A stretch of DNA of 50,439 nt from a virus (taxonomy: Duplodnaviria; Caudoviricetes), in IMG/VR virus record IMGVR_UViG_3300028025_001146, positions 1 through 50,439 of that record, one strand, 5' to 3'. Position numbers and translations under genes: made by a program. Positions 32,948-42,232 of the stretch are shown piece after piece (within the stretch, counting starts at the first letter, position 1; every line of letters begins with the position of its first letter). The notes below the pieces were generated by a model that was given only the letters and a program-made list of their open reading frames with translations, was not told the DNA's origin and did no database searches.

Positions 32948-35777
32948 CGCTGTCCAGTAGCACGTTCTCGTTGAAGAAGTCCAGCTTGGTCGTGTCGAAG
33001 CACATGGCATTGACTGGGGCCTGCGTGTTGGCAACGGTGCCTGCCGTCATGCGTTTCTTCTTCACGCCTTGCAATGCGCCGCTCTTGCGGTATGGGGCAA
33101 TGACTTCTTCAAAGTTAGCCATGACCTTAGAACAGTCCTCCCGGAAGGTCCGGGCCACTACATACAACATCTTGGTGTCAGGCTCATAGCGAGCCGTCAG
33201 CGCTCCGCGTGGCTCACGGATCGGCGCATACTCCAGCCCGGTGCGGTTGTCCCGGTCACCATTGATGACAAGAATTTCGTGGAAGTGTCGTTGCAGGAAG
33301 CCGCCCAAGAACTCCTCGTTATCAAACATGTACTCATGGGTGCGACTGCGAGTCTCCTTGATCAGATTGACGGCGTAGTCAAACACTGGCTTGATCGGAA
33401 TGTCGTGCAGCCCAAGGTGCTTGGAGATGGCACCACCTGCTAGCGACAGCGAAGCCATGAGCGCCCAGTACCGCTCCGAGTTGCGGATGCCAGCCCCCTG
33501 CTCGACGCGCAGTTGGATCTCAGCCAGCTTAGCCTGCACCATGGGTAGTTGACCTACAAGGGCTTGGGCAAACGGATCAATTGCATGCCCGTAGTTATTC
33601 ATCAATCGCCCAAAGTGTTGCCGTGCCCACGTTGCATCGTCCCGGGCGTCTGGCTTTACGTTGATCTCCATGATCCGTTTTAGCTCTCCATCTGGAAACC
33701 CCTTGATAGATAGCAGTGCGTCAGTGACGTACCGGTTGGACGATGTGATCAGCCCGGTTTGGAACTTGGTGTTGTTATTGCGCTCGACGTTCTCATGCTG
33801 CTTCATGCGGTTCTTACCGCGCCCCGAGGTCACGTCATAGACCTGCTGAGACATCTGGTCGGGCGGCATGTTGGTGATCTCATCCATCGTCACCGCAAAG
33901 TTCTGCATTGTGCCGAGACGCTGCATGCGGGCGTTGTATGTGTCCTTGGGAGCAAGGAGCAGTTCCTTGGGGCGACCGTAGATACTGTTGATGGCTTGCA
34001 GAATGGTCGTCTTACCTGACCCCGACTCGCGGCTCACTAGGTTGAGCAGGAAGCCGTCCAGTATGGTGAACTTCATGAGCATCGTGCCAAAGCCCATGAA
34101 CAGGGCAAACGCCCGGTACTCCATACCCTCACGCCCGTATATATTGATCGTATCTTTCCACTCGTGGAAGTCGCCCTTGGCTTGGAACAAGGGCACGTGC
34201 GGTAGCGTGGGGCCTGACGGTGGGCTGTAGACGATCTCGGTTGCGCGGATCTCTCTGTCTCCAATGATGATGCCGGAGTTGTCTTCCAACCAACCAAACT
34301 GCTTGTGAGCTTTTTCCGCTCTGCCGTTCATCTGCAACTCCTCGACCCATTTCGCAACATACTGCATAAGCACGTCCTGTTTCTTGCCCAGCGCGGTGAT
34401 GCCATAGGAGGCAACCGTCGCAATAAATTTCTCCTTCGACAGCACGTTGGCCAGCGGCATGATGAAGTCTCTGACACCATCTTTAGGTAAGTGCAGTCGG
34501 AGTAGCAAGGTCTCACCCAAGTCGGGGTCCTGCATGCGCTTAACCACATAGAAGTCGTACGGGTACACCACGTCATCAATGTCTTCCCCGTCCTTGTTCT
34601 GGGTATGGACGAAGATGCCGCCAGACTTGCCACGGAAGAACGGGAACGGGAACTTAGGGATAACGTAGGTCTTGGCCTCTTTAGTCTCTGGCTCAAGGTC
34701 AGTGACGATGCTGTCTTCTTCGGTAGCTTCTATGATCTCGCGGCCCAACTGGATCGGAGATGTAATCTTCAGGGTGCAGCCCTCACACACAGTGGGGTTC
34801 AGTTTCTTAAACGTCTCGCAGGTGTACGGACCCTTGGTGTCATTGGCCTTGCGCTCTGTGGTGCCGTGGTCGTAGTCCGGGTGCTTCTTGGAGATAGCGT
34901 GAATCGCCTTGTCCCGGTCCGAGCACTGCTGGGCAATTGACAAGCCAGCACGCCACAACGGTTCTTCCAACTCGTGCTGATGGTCGTAGATGTAGTTGAT
35001 CTGCGCACAGCCCTTACCCTCGGCGGACTTGATCAGAATGGTCTTAAACTTCGACTCGCTAGCGCCCATCAGGGCCAGCGTCAGCGGGTCCATCTGCCGT
35101 TTGAACTCCGACTTGTCCAGCATGGACAAGATGTCCTGCGTCGGCTCTAGCAGTTCCTTGATTCTGGCAACTGTGAGCGGTGGCGCGACATACAGAATCT
35201 CCACCGGTATTGGGTTGGTTGGGTCCTTGAGGTGATTTGTTTCAGGGACTCGCAACACACGGGCCGCGTCAGCAGGCACTGCGTAGTCAATATCAAACTT
35301 GTGCTCAGTGCACAGCTCCTTGAGGCGCTCGGCATGCGGCTTCCAATCCTGCCGCGTCATGGGTTCTTCCATCACCCAGTACACATGCGCCCCGCGCCCA
35401 GACCGGACAATGCTTGGCTTGGGTAGACCTGTAGCTTTGCAGAACGCGCGTAGGGCAACCAGCCCGTCGTCCAGCGTGGCATACGGTTTGTCCGGACCGC
35501 AATCCAGATCAATAAAAAACGACTTGAGAGATATCGCGTTGTTAGCGTAGCGGCCGTTTATTCTCGGGCCGAACTTCGCCATCGCATAGAACGCATTGAA
35601 CCCGTTGGCTTGCAGCGTATCAGCCTGATCACTCAACTCGTCCAAAGAGGTGGCAAACCGTTGGCGCACCTCATCATCTTTCTGTCCGTCAACTTTCTTG
35701 TTCCCCCAGCTGCAATAGTGCTCCCCTTCTTGTAGGGGTGGCAATACCATTGCGAGGAACTCACTCCTCGTTGTCAT
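32916..35777 (-). CDS. primase-helicase fusion (AEP/RepB-like primase plus DUF927-type helicase)
   Basis: FFIDLD, SGRGAHVYW, ARVLRVP; Cys cluster; Walker A SGSGKTT, Walker B VTMDE. Confidence 0.85.
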   Translation of the reverse strand: MTTRSEFLAMVLPPLQEGEHYCSWGNKKVDGQKDDEVRQRFATSLDELSDQADTLQANGFNAFYAMAKFGPRINGRYANNAISLKSFFIDLDCGPDKPYATLDDGLVALRAFCKATGLPKPSIVRSGRGAHVYWVMEEPMTRQDWKPHAERLKELCTEHKFDIDYAVPADAARVLRVPETNHLKDPTNPIPVEILYVAPPLTVARIKELLEPTQDILSMLDKSEFKRQMDPLTLALMGASESKFKTILIKSAEGKGCAQINYIYDHQHELEEPLWRAGLSIAQQCSDRDKAIHAISKKHPDYDHGTTERKANDTKGPYTCETFKKLNPTVCEGCTLKITSPIQLGREIIEATEEDSIVTDLEPETKEAKTYVIPKFPFPFFRGKSGGIFVHTQNKDGEDIDDVVYPYDFYVVKRMQDPDLGETLLLRLHLPKDGVRDFIMPLANVLSKEKFIATVASYGITALGKKQDVLMQYVAKWVEELQMNGRAEKAHKQFGWLEDNSGIIIGDREIRATEIVYSPPSGPTLPHVPLFQAKGDFHEWKDTINIYGREGMEYRAFALFMGFGTMLMKFTILDGFLLNLVSRESGSGKTTILQAINSIYGRPKELLLAPKDTYNARMQRLGTMQNFAVTMDEITNMPPDQMSQQVYDVTSGRGKNRMKQHENVERNNNTKFQTGLITSSNRYVTDALLSIKGFPDGELKRIMEINVKPDARDDATWARQHFGRLMNNYGHAIDPFAQALVGQLPMVQAKLAEIQLRVEQGAGIRNSERYWALMASLSLAGGAISKHLGLHDIPIKPVFDYAVNLIKETRSRTHEYMFDNEEFLGGFLQRHFHEILVINGDRDNRTGLEYAPIREPRGALTARYEPDTKMLYVVARTFREDCSKVMANFEEVIAPYRKSGALQGVKKKRMTAGTVANTQAPVNAMCFDTTKLDFFNENVLLDSDAGAGDTAAN

Positions 35778-35860
35778 CCGCCGTCCTTGTTATGTCGCCG
35801 TCAAAAAGAAAAAGGCAGGGATGCGACGGCACATCCTTTTCGGGAGCGACCCTAGCCTCC
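35778..35860 (-). promoter_or_regulatory. structured leader RNA upstream of the primase-helicase
   Basis: nested stems plus U-tract; loop GCCGTC complementary to two downstream GACGGC copies, one overlapping the SD. Confidence 0.5.
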
Positions 35861-35894
35861 TCTAACTCTTGGAATCGCTAACCACTGCGTAGGG

Positions 35895-36125
35895 CTACGA
35901 CAGCTTGTTGATCAGGTGTTGCACCTTCTCAACGTGCTTCCCCGAAACGACCATCTTGCCACGGAACCAAGCGTACACCGTTACCCGGCTCACGCCAAAA
36001 TATTCCGCGACATCCGTCACAGGGATATCCCGCCCCACACAGATCTTGCCCAGCTTTACGCCGAGCAAGTTAGGGTTAGCCTCCTTGATTTCCTGAATAG
36101 TCAGGACGGAGTAACCTTTAGCCAT
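35895..36125 (-). CDS. HTH transcriptional regulator (Cro/XRE-like)
   Basis: VTDVAEYFGVSRVTVYAWFRG. Confidence 0.8.
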   Translation of the reverse strand: MAKGYSVLTIQEIKEANPNLLGVKLGKICVGRDIPVTDVAEYFGVSRVTVYAWFRGKMVVSGKHVEKVQHLINKLS

Positions 36126-37048
36126 TACTCATCGTCCCAATCAGCAAGGATCTTGGACAGGTCCTTCTTCTCAGCGGGTGCTTCCTCGGTCTTCTTGGCG
36201 CTTCGCTTGACCGGCTCCTCGACGGGCTCAGCCGACACCTTCGCAGGTTTAGCAGCTTTCGGGGGTTCCTCGTCACCACGCATATCCGCCAGCGGATCGA
36301 CCGGGACTTCCGACTTGGAGACCTTGACACCATCGGCTTCAGCGACAGTCATGGTGATTGCCTTGATAGCAATGTCAGTCTTGCCTTGGTCAATCGCGGC
36401 AAGGGCATCAGCTTTCTCCAGCACTTTGACAGGCTTGAAGGTCAGCTTCGGAGTGGCGCTGTCCGTGTCGAAGCGCATCTCGGTAACAACTGTGGAGATG
36501 GGGATACCCTTGCTACCAATCATCTTGGCGTAGGTTTGCAGGGGCCACTTGCCCGGTGCGCCTTCACCGAAGATCGACTGGCCCGGAAGTGTGAGTTGGA
36601 ACACATCGCCCTTGATGTCGTTGGCAAGCACCACGGCCAGCCGTTGACTGAAGCGGCATGCGCGAGAGTCACCTTGGCCCGAACCCTTGGCGTTCTGTGC
36701 GCAGTCCACGCACCGCTTGGCTTGCGGGTTCTGAGCCTTGGCATCCGGAATGTCGCCATCGGCAGACCAGCAGTCAGGGGCGCTAACCTCGCCCTCCTTG
36801 TAGACACCAGCGTAGAAGGTACGCGAGACCTTGGGGGCGGCGTTGACGATGACCACGTTCATCGAACGATCTTCGTTCTTAGCAATCTCTTTGCCGTTGA
36901 CCATCATGCGCCACACACCACCCTTGATGGAGATGCGCTTCATGCCACCACTACCGCCGCCCATCAGCGACTTGGTGACATCATCCAGTTCAAGTTCTTT
37001 CAGGTAGGCGGGTAGGCCGGTGTCCAGCATTGCGAGTTCGTTGCTCAT
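36125..37048 (-). CDS. putative single-stranded DNA-binding protein
   Basis: start MSNEL with SD AAGGAG; RISIKGG, PDCWS...C..C...CRFSQRLAV; acidic WDDE tail. Confidence 0.7.
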   Translation of the reverse strand: MSNELAMLDTGLPAYLKELELDDVTKSLMGGGSGGMKRISIKGGVWRMMVNGKEIAKNEDRSMNVVIVNAAPKVSRTFYAGVYKEGEVSAPDCWSADGDIPDAKAQNPQAKRCVDCAQNAKGSGQGDSRACRFSQRLAVVLANDIKGDVFQLTLPGQSIFGEGAPGKWPLQTYAKMIGSKGIPISTVVTEMRFDTDSATPKLTFKPVKVLEKADALAAIDQGKTDIAIKAITMTVAEADGVKVSKSEVPVDPLADMRGDEEPPKAAKPAKVSAEPVEEPVKRSAKKTEEAPAEKKDLSKILADWDDE

Positions 37049-37058
37049 ATCTATCTCC

Positions 37059-37442
37059 TTAGCGTTTGATGATGGTGACGGTTTGGGTAACTTCCGCATT
37101 GAGTCCCGGCGGAAGCAGGTCGGGATTTTCTTCAAGGTACTGCGTCATGTTCGTGCTGTTAATGCGTTGGTGCATCAACGAGAACGCATCGTTGTCCTTG
37201 ATGAACTTGTAGAACGAATCCCAATCGTTCGTCCAGTAGTTCTTGGTGACACGGCGTGACACCGTGCCGTACTCAGTGCGTATGGTCTGCGCACCTTGTT
37301 CTTTGCAGATCTCCAGAAGCTCCGCAGCAATGAGGTCTTGCTGCTCCTTCAGTTCGGCTGCTTGCTTTTCAATTTCGCGGCGCTTGTCTCTGATCTTCAC
37401 GTAGATCTTGGCAAGCCGCTCAGCGGTTGGGCTTTCACTCAT
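37059..37442 (-). CDS. conserved phage replication-region protein (coiled coil)
   Basis: YVKIRD, TEYGTV, DWDSFYKFI, PPGL; SD AAGGAG. Confidence 0.7.
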   Translation of the reverse strand: MSESPTAERLAKIYVKIRDKRREIEKQAAELKEQQDLIAAELLEICKEQGAQTIRTEYGTVSRRVTKNYWTNDWDSFYKFIKDNDAFSLMHQRINSTNMTQYLEENPDLLPPGLNAEVTQTVTIIKR

Positions 37443-37474
37443 TGCACTCTCCTTCGTTTGTAAAAGGTGGAATA

Positions 37475-37503
37475 ATTATAGGGGCGTTGATTTACTTTGT
37501 CAA
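37475..37503 (-). promoter_or_regulatory. consensus sigma70 promoter
   Basis: TTGACA-17nt-TATAAT, exact. Confidence 0.88.
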
Positions 37504-39047
37504 GTGTTCTCCGTTAAATTTTTGTAAAGATCAATCAGGCGTGTGTGGATGTCCACCTTGTCCGAGAGCATGCTGTAGATGCGCTTCTCGACGGGACTGC
37601 CTTGGATGTGCACCACCGTGCATGGGTTGCGTTGCCCCGCGCGGTGCACTCGTGCGTTGGCTTGCAGATACGTCTCTGTAGAAGTGATCGGACCCCACCA
37701 CACAACTACATTCGCTGCGTGTAGCGTCACGCCATGCGCCGCAGCTTGTGGCTGGATGACCAGCACGTGCGGGTCCTTCTCTGTCTGGAACTTCGCAAAC
37801 ACTTCGGTGCGCTTGTTGACCGAGACGCCGCCGTGTATGACCTCGCAGCTAATCTTGTTTGCGCGTAGCTCGTCAGCGATGATCTCGATCGCGTGTCTGA
37901 AAGGGGCGAAAACTATCACCTTGTGGCTGGCCTCTTCGATCACCTCCAGCAACGCGGTCATGCGCGTCTTGGCATCGAACTCGACCACATCACCAGTATC
38001 CGAGTAAACCGCTCCGCAAGACAGTTGCAGCAGCTTGTTTAGATTTGCCGCCGCATTGACGGTCGTAATCTCCTCACCAGCGGCCACGGCCATCATGTCC
38101 TTGCGTAGCTTGTCGTAGAACTTCTGCTGTTGTGGAGTCAGCGGCACTTCCCGCGTGGTGTATGTCATCTCCGGCAGGTCGAGGCACTCTTCCTTGGTGA
38201 ACCGGATGGCTGGCTGTAGCGCCTCGTGCACGGTCTGCTCAGAGGATTTCTTGGGCACCCACTTGAACTGCGTGATCTTGTGCATGACTTGATCGCGGAA
38301 TGACCCGAAGAATTTCGGCACGCCCGAGGGGTTGATGATCTTTGCCAACCCATATGCGTCAGTGGGTGACTGCGATGCCGGAGTGCCCGTGAGCATCCAC
38401 ACCCACATGTCCGGGGTGATGACCGAGTTCAGCGTCTTCCACCGTCTGGTAGTGTGCGTCTTGTATGCGTTGGCTTCATCGACAACAATCAGATCGAAGC
38501 CGCCGTTCATGATCTCGTCCTTGATGATCTCCAGCCCATCGAAGTTGCAGATGACATACTCGGCACCCGAGCGGACAGCAGCGATGCGCTTGTCCTTTGA
38601 GTAGCTGTGCGCGATTGCGCAGGTGCGGTGCATGGCGAACTTGAACAGGTCTGCTTCCCACGCCGACGATAGGATGGACAGTGGGCACAACACCAGAACG
38701 CGGCGGATCACCCGAGTCTGAATTAGGTAGTCTGAAGCCCAGATGACGCTGGAGGTCTTGCCCGTGCCCTGCTCGTTGAAGCAGAACGCTCTGCGGTGCA
38801 TGGTCAGGAACGCCGCCGTCGTTCGCTGATGTGCAAACGGTTTGTACAAGCCGGGCCAGTTGTACTTCCCTTCGATCGGTGAGGGCACATTCTTGAGCTT
38901 CAGGTTCTTGAGCACCTGCGCTTCCTCTAGCCCCCACTTGACCAGCACTTCGTGGTCACCTACCTGCTTGGCCTTGGGGATGACCGTCGTGATGCGCCCG
39001 GGTTCTTTGACTCGTAGCAGCAACGCCTTGTTTTCTATGATCTGCAC
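37500..39047 (-). CDS. SNF2-family (SF2) helicase
   Basis: EQGTGKT, VVDEA, LTGTP, QANARVHRAGQ; likely GTG start at 39047 with GGAG. Confidence 0.9.
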   Translation of the reverse strand: MQIIENKALLLRVKEPGRITTVIPKAKQVGDHEVLVKWGLEEAQVLKNLKLKNVPSPIEGKYNWPGLYKPFAHQRTTAAFLTMHRRAFCFNEQGTGKTSSVIWASDYLIQTRVIRRVLVLCPLSILSSAWEADLFKFAMHRTCAIAHSYSKDKRIAAVRSGAEYVICNFDGLEIIKDEIMNGGFDLIVVDEANAYKTHTTRRWKTLNSVITPDMWVWMLTGTPASQSPTDAYGLAKIINPSGVPKFFGSFRDQVMHKITQFKWVPKKSSEQTVHEALQPAIRFTKEECLDLPEMTYTTREVPLTPQQQKFYDKLRKDMMAVAAGEEITTVNAAANLNKLLQLSCGAVYSDTGDVVEFDAKTRMTALLEVIEEASHKVIVFAPFRHAIEIIADELRANKISCEVIHGGVSVNKRTEVFAKFQTEKDPHVLVIQPQAAAHGVTLHAANVVVWWGPITSTETYLQANARVHRAGQRNPCTVVHIQGSPVEKRIYSMLSDKVDIHTRLIDLYKNLTENT

Positions 39048-39059
39048 TCTTGCTCCAAA

Positions 39060-39237
39060 TGACGTGTAGACCGAATGTGGAATTTCCACTCGGTCAGGGG
39101 TGGCTCCTTACGGGAGCCACTCGGTACGCCCTTGCCCTTAGAAAGTTAAAGAAGAGCTTGGCGCACTGATACGGTTATTTTTACGTGGTACTCGTACCTT
39201 CCCACGGTTCTCCGAAGCAAACCAATAGCAACTGGCT
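39060..39237 (-). ncRNA. candidate structured RNA/leader upstream of the helicase
   Basis: gap in a dense genome, downstream of a promoter, with two strong hairpins. Confidence 0.4.
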
Positions 39238-39242
39238 GTTAA

Positions 39243-39270
39243 ATTCTACGGGCCTTGGGCCCAGTGTCAA
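39243..39270 (-). promoter_or_regulatory. sigma70-like promoter
   Basis: TTGACA-16nt-TAGAAT. Confidence 0.65.
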
Positions 39271-39563
39271 GAGCGTTTGCGCTCTTTTTTGCTGGTCTCG
39301 GATACAAGGTTTCCCTTAGCGTCCCTACGGAAGGAGCGGTTCGCGGACTTACTCTGCACGGTGACCCCGTCCCCGTTGTTGCCGCCCTTGTCGAGCGCCT
39401 TGCGGTGAGCCACATCCTTGCCGTCACCCTTGCTTACCTTGCCTTCCTTCATCAGCTTGGCACGCGCGGCGTTGCGCATCGCACGCTTCTTGATCTGCTC
39501 AGGAGTGCCTTGGTACTGGGCGTACTCTTTATCGTAGGGTCGGGGCTTGTTGACATAGGGCAT
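39267..39563 (-). CDS. small HNH-like endonuclease
   Basis: GDGKDVAH.K.L.KGG.N...NRS pattern. Confidence 0.65.
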   Translation of the reverse strand: MPYVNKPRPYDKEYAQYQGTPEQIKKRAMRNAARAKLMKEGKVSKGDGKDVAHRKALDKGGNNGDGVTVQSKSANRSFRRDAKGNLVSETSKKERKRS

Positions 39564-39571
39564 GGGTCACC

Positions 39572-39901
39572 TCACGGTTTGACAATGGACACCATTTTCT
39601 CAGCCTCAAGGATAAGCTGCAACATCTGTAGAAACTCGCTGTTTTCGCACGATCCCCGGAAGGTGATCCGCACTCCGTCGTTGTACTGCATGGGCGTTTC
39701 CCATACCAGTTCGGTCTTCGATGTTCTTGTGTTCGTGGCGTACTGGGCGGTCTCAACAGTGATGCCGTTCCCCGACATGTTTGTAATCTCGAAGATCGTC
39801 TCAGTGTGGTTGCCACCCTGCCTGTCGTTGGAGTATTGCAGGTCGTAAAAGATCGCGGACTCATCGTCAGAGGCACCAAGCCTTACTCGCACTATGCTCA
39901 T
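39572..39901 (-). CDS. hypothetical protein
   Basis: ATG at 39901 with AAGGAG; ATGA overlap. Confidence 0.6.
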   Translation of the reverse strand: MSIVRVRLGASDDESAIFYDLQYSNDRQGGNHTETIFEITNMSGNGITVETAQYATNTRTSKTELVWETPMQYNDGVRITFRGSCENSEFLQMLQLILEAEKMVSIVKP

Positions 39902-40581
39902 CTGTATTCTCCTTTGCCGTTGTGGGCACAGTCCTTCACCGGGCACCAGCCCCGGCAGCTAAAGTTAGGGCGCGGGTTCCACACATCCAACTCCAGCGAT
40001 TTCTCCAACCGCTGTGTGTCGTCCAGCCACGGCCTCCACAGCACGTGCTCCTCCCTTTGATGGAAGTCGGCTTTCACGAAATCATTGGCGATCACGAACA
40101 GCAGCCCCGACTTGACCTTCTTGACCTGCGGGAAGTGTTTGAAGATAGACAGCGCCATCAACTCCAACTGCTTGGTATCCGCGTACTTGGATGACTTGCC
40201 CGTCTTGTAGTCCACCACCCAAGCCTTGTCACCCTGAAGGATGATCAGGTCAGCGATACCGCGCCACCAAACCTCTTTATCAAAGAAGCCGCACGGGGTC
40301 AGGTTTTTCGTCAACCCCATCTTGTACTCGCACAACTTCTCACCTTCCTTGGCGGCGAGGCGCTCCAGCGGGTCACGCATGAACGCAAACCGCTCAGGTA
40401 CCGGCGTGCCGTCACGGATGAAATCTTCGGCGGCTTTGTGCGCCTCGGTGCCGTAGCGCATGGCCTCGGACTCTGGCTCCACAACATCTTTCTTGACCCT
40501 GAGACGGTAGTACTTCTGCGGGCACTGCTTGAACATATCCAGCGAAGAATACGACCACGTGTATTTAATCGGCTGCGTCAC
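39898..40581 (-). CDS. PD-(D/E)XK nuclease (RecB/Cas4-like exonuclease)
   Basis: WSYSS...CP, GIADL, VDYKTGK, QL..A, C-terminal C..CP...C. Confidence 0.85.
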   Translation of the reverse strand: MTQPIKYTWSYSSLDMFKQCPQKYYRLRVKKDVVEPESEAMRYGTEAHKAAEDFIRDGTPVPERFAFMRDPLERLAAKEGEKLCEYKMGLTKNLTPCGFFDKEVWWRGIADLIILQGDKAWVVDYKTGKSSKYADTKQLELMALSIFKHFPQVKKVKSGLLFVIANDFVKADFHQREEHVLWRPWLDDTQRLEKSLELDVWNPRPNFSCRGWCPVKDCAHNGKGEYR

Positions 40582-40768
40582 TTTTCTTCTTTCGCTTGAT
40601 TGCTGCAATACCTTGCTCAGTCCCATCGCGGGACTTCATGAACGAATCCGCGTAGGTGTACGCCTCATCTGCCACGCTCTCGGCATGCTGGTTGTTGCCC
40701 CGCATGATGATGCCGCACATGGCGAACATCGCGGCGAGGTCTCGTAGGTTAGTGTCGTGCTCAGTCAA
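40565..40768 (-). CDS. small hypothetical phage protein
   Basis: LRDLAAMFAM...AYTYAD pattern. Confidence 0.65.
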   Translation of the reverse strand: MTEHDTNLRDLAAMFAMCGIIMRGNNQHAESVADEAYTYADSFMKSRDGTEQGIAAIKRKKKSDAAD

Positions 40769-40786
40769 AGTAGTGCTTCCTCTGGA

Positions 40787-41017
40787 TCAGGTCTTGCGGG
40801 GATGCGATCCCCCGGCTTTGGGTGCTTGAACCCCGGCGGCGGGAAGGGCCACCCGCTGTTCTGCGAGATTTTTCTTAACCCCCCCAGTGGTGATTGACTC
40901 CACCGTGACGAAGGTGTGGCCGCTGGTGCACTGCCTTCTGCGATAGCTTTTGTTGGTGACTGCACTTCTTATCTCCAATACTCTAGTGTTCTTACCGCAC
41001 TCAGGGCAACGGATCAT
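40787..41017 (-). CDS. NrdR N-terminal-like zinc-ribbon protein (possibly frameshifted)
   Basis: CPECG..TRV...RRRQC..GH.F.T.E. Confidence 0.65.
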   Translation of the reverse strand: MIRCPECGKNTRVLEIRSAVTNKSYRRRQCTSGHTFVTVESITTGGVKKNLAEQRVALPAAGVQAPKAGGSHPRKT

Positions 41018-41274
41018 AGGACGCGCCCAGCCTTGGAGTAGACGGTGAACTGTCTGACGCTAATCGTGTTTTGCACCGACTTGTTGGACAGGTTGGGGAT
41101 GGTGCCAAGGGAGATGCCCTGAGCGCGGTTGCGCTCCACCACTTGTGTCTGGCTCTGCGACATGGTTGCACCATGCCCTCGGAAGTGCGCGTCTTGCAAG
41201 AACACAGATGGACTGTGGTCGTGCTTCCACATGAAGGGGCTGTCTGCGGGGCATCGGCATTTCTTAGCAGTCAT
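41014..41274 (-). CDS. hypothetical protein
   Basis: MTAKKCRCPADSPF; ATGA overlap. Confidence 0.55.
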   Translation of the reverse strand: MTAKKCRCPADSPFMWKHDHSPSVFLQDAHFRGHGATMSQSQTQVVERNRAQGISLGTIPNLSNKSVQNTISVRQFTVYSKAGRVL

Positions 41275-41275
41275 T

Positions 41276-41413
41276 TCAATACCCCCACCGAATACGGAAG
41301 CACACCAGATAGAGGTGCAGGACAAACTCGTTGCCACTGCTCACGAACCCGATGGCAAAGCAGGGCCACTTGCGAGGCAAGAACTCGGTAGTCAGGTGTA
41401 GGCTTTTTCTCAT
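41276..41413 (-). CDS. small hypothetical protein (45 aa)
   Basis: MRKSLHLTTEF...RWGY fills the gap; ATGA overlap, GGAGG upstream. Confidence 0.5.
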   Translation of the reverse strand: MRKSLHLTTEFLPRKWPCFAIGFVSSGNEFVLHLYLVCFRIRWGY

Positions 41414-41640
41414 TCCAAACCTCCATGCATCGACCACTCACGGGCCTTCTCCGTCATGAACAGTCCCTCGGCCCGGGTCATCTTGGATGAGCGCACAAAC
41501 AGTTCGCCCTCCCAATCGTAGGCAATGATCATCACATCGGTCAGGCCACCATCCTCACACATATCCAGCGCGGACTTGAGCGCCTGCTCAGGGGTGTAGT
41601 TCACGCTTGCGGGTAGGCTAATTACTTTCTCGTTGTTCAT
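41410..41640 (-). CDS. hypothetical protein
   Basis: SD AAGGAG; 76 aa. Confidence 0.65.
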   Translation of the reverse strand: MNNEKVISLPASVNYTPEQALKSALDMCEDGGLTDVMIIAYDWEGELFVRSSKMTRAEGLFMTEKAREWSMHGGLE

Positions 41641-41888
41641 GTGTTCTTCTCCTTGAGTTTGGCCTCAAGTTCTCTGGCAAAGTTAAATTGCATGGGGCCG
41701 GTAAAGATAGCGTCGGCTTTGTACATGGCTTGCGCTATCTCATCCTCCGTCAAACTCACCCACGGGCGCGGCTCAGGCTCTAGCTTTGCCTTCACAGCCT
41801 CAATCAGCATGGCCTTATCAAAGGCATCCCCTTGCGGGTTCTGTATCCACTTGAGGCACAAGGCCAGCAGTTCTTTTTCAGTTGGCAT
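41637..41888 (-). CDS. hypothetical protein (WVSLTEDEI motif)
   Basis: common phage early-region pattern W..LT..EI...FAR.LEAKLKEKN. Confidence 0.65.
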   Translation of the reverse strand: MPTEKELLALCLKWIQNPQGDAFDKAMLIEAVKAKLEPEPRPWVSLTEDEIAQAMYKADAIFTGPMQFNFARELEAKLKEKNT

Positions 41889-42045
41889 CAATCATCTCCT
41901 TCAGTTCTTCCATGCACTCGGCCCAGCCCAGCAACAGATACCACACGTAGTTACTGCGTGGGCTTCGCTCAAAATGGAAGCGCGCCAAGCCTAAATAGTT
42001 GTCGGCTGCGGCCCACCAATAGTGGCGCTTGTAGTCAGGATTCAT
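41878..42045 (-). CDS. small hypothetical protein (55 aa)
   Basis: MNPDYKRHYWW...; fills gap and overlaps both neighbours. Confidence 0.5.
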   Translation of the reverse strand: MNPDYKRHYWWAAADNYLGLARFHFERSPRSNYVWYLLLGWAECMEELKEMIDAN

Positions 42046-42232
42046 TGCGCTCTTCCTTTACATACTTTTTTGTATGTTGTGGGGTGAAGTACTCGCAATT
42101 ATCTTCATTTATCTGCGTGGAGATAAAGTAAGACTGCTGGTACGGGTTGGGTTCCGTTCCGCTGGCCTCGTTGCGGTAGCACTGGGTGCGACGGCGGCAA
42201 GTCTCGCTTGCGCACATTGATATGTCAGGCAT
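42035..42232 (-). CDS. small Cys-rich protein
   Basis: MPDISMC....C.....CYR...Q.YF....C.YF. Confidence 0.6.
   Translation of the reverse strand: MPDISMCASETCRRRTQCYRNEASGTEPNPYQQSYFISTQINEDNCEYFTPQHTKKYVKEERNES

Noticed and set aside
37049-37135. N-terminal extension of the SSB-like ORF in the track
   Set aside because: Overlaps the upstream gene; a strong SD precedes the ATG at 37048.
39898-40581. Cas4 as evidence of a CRISPR system
   Set aside because: Solo PD-(D/E)XK nucleases are routine in phage replication modules; no array or other cas genes.
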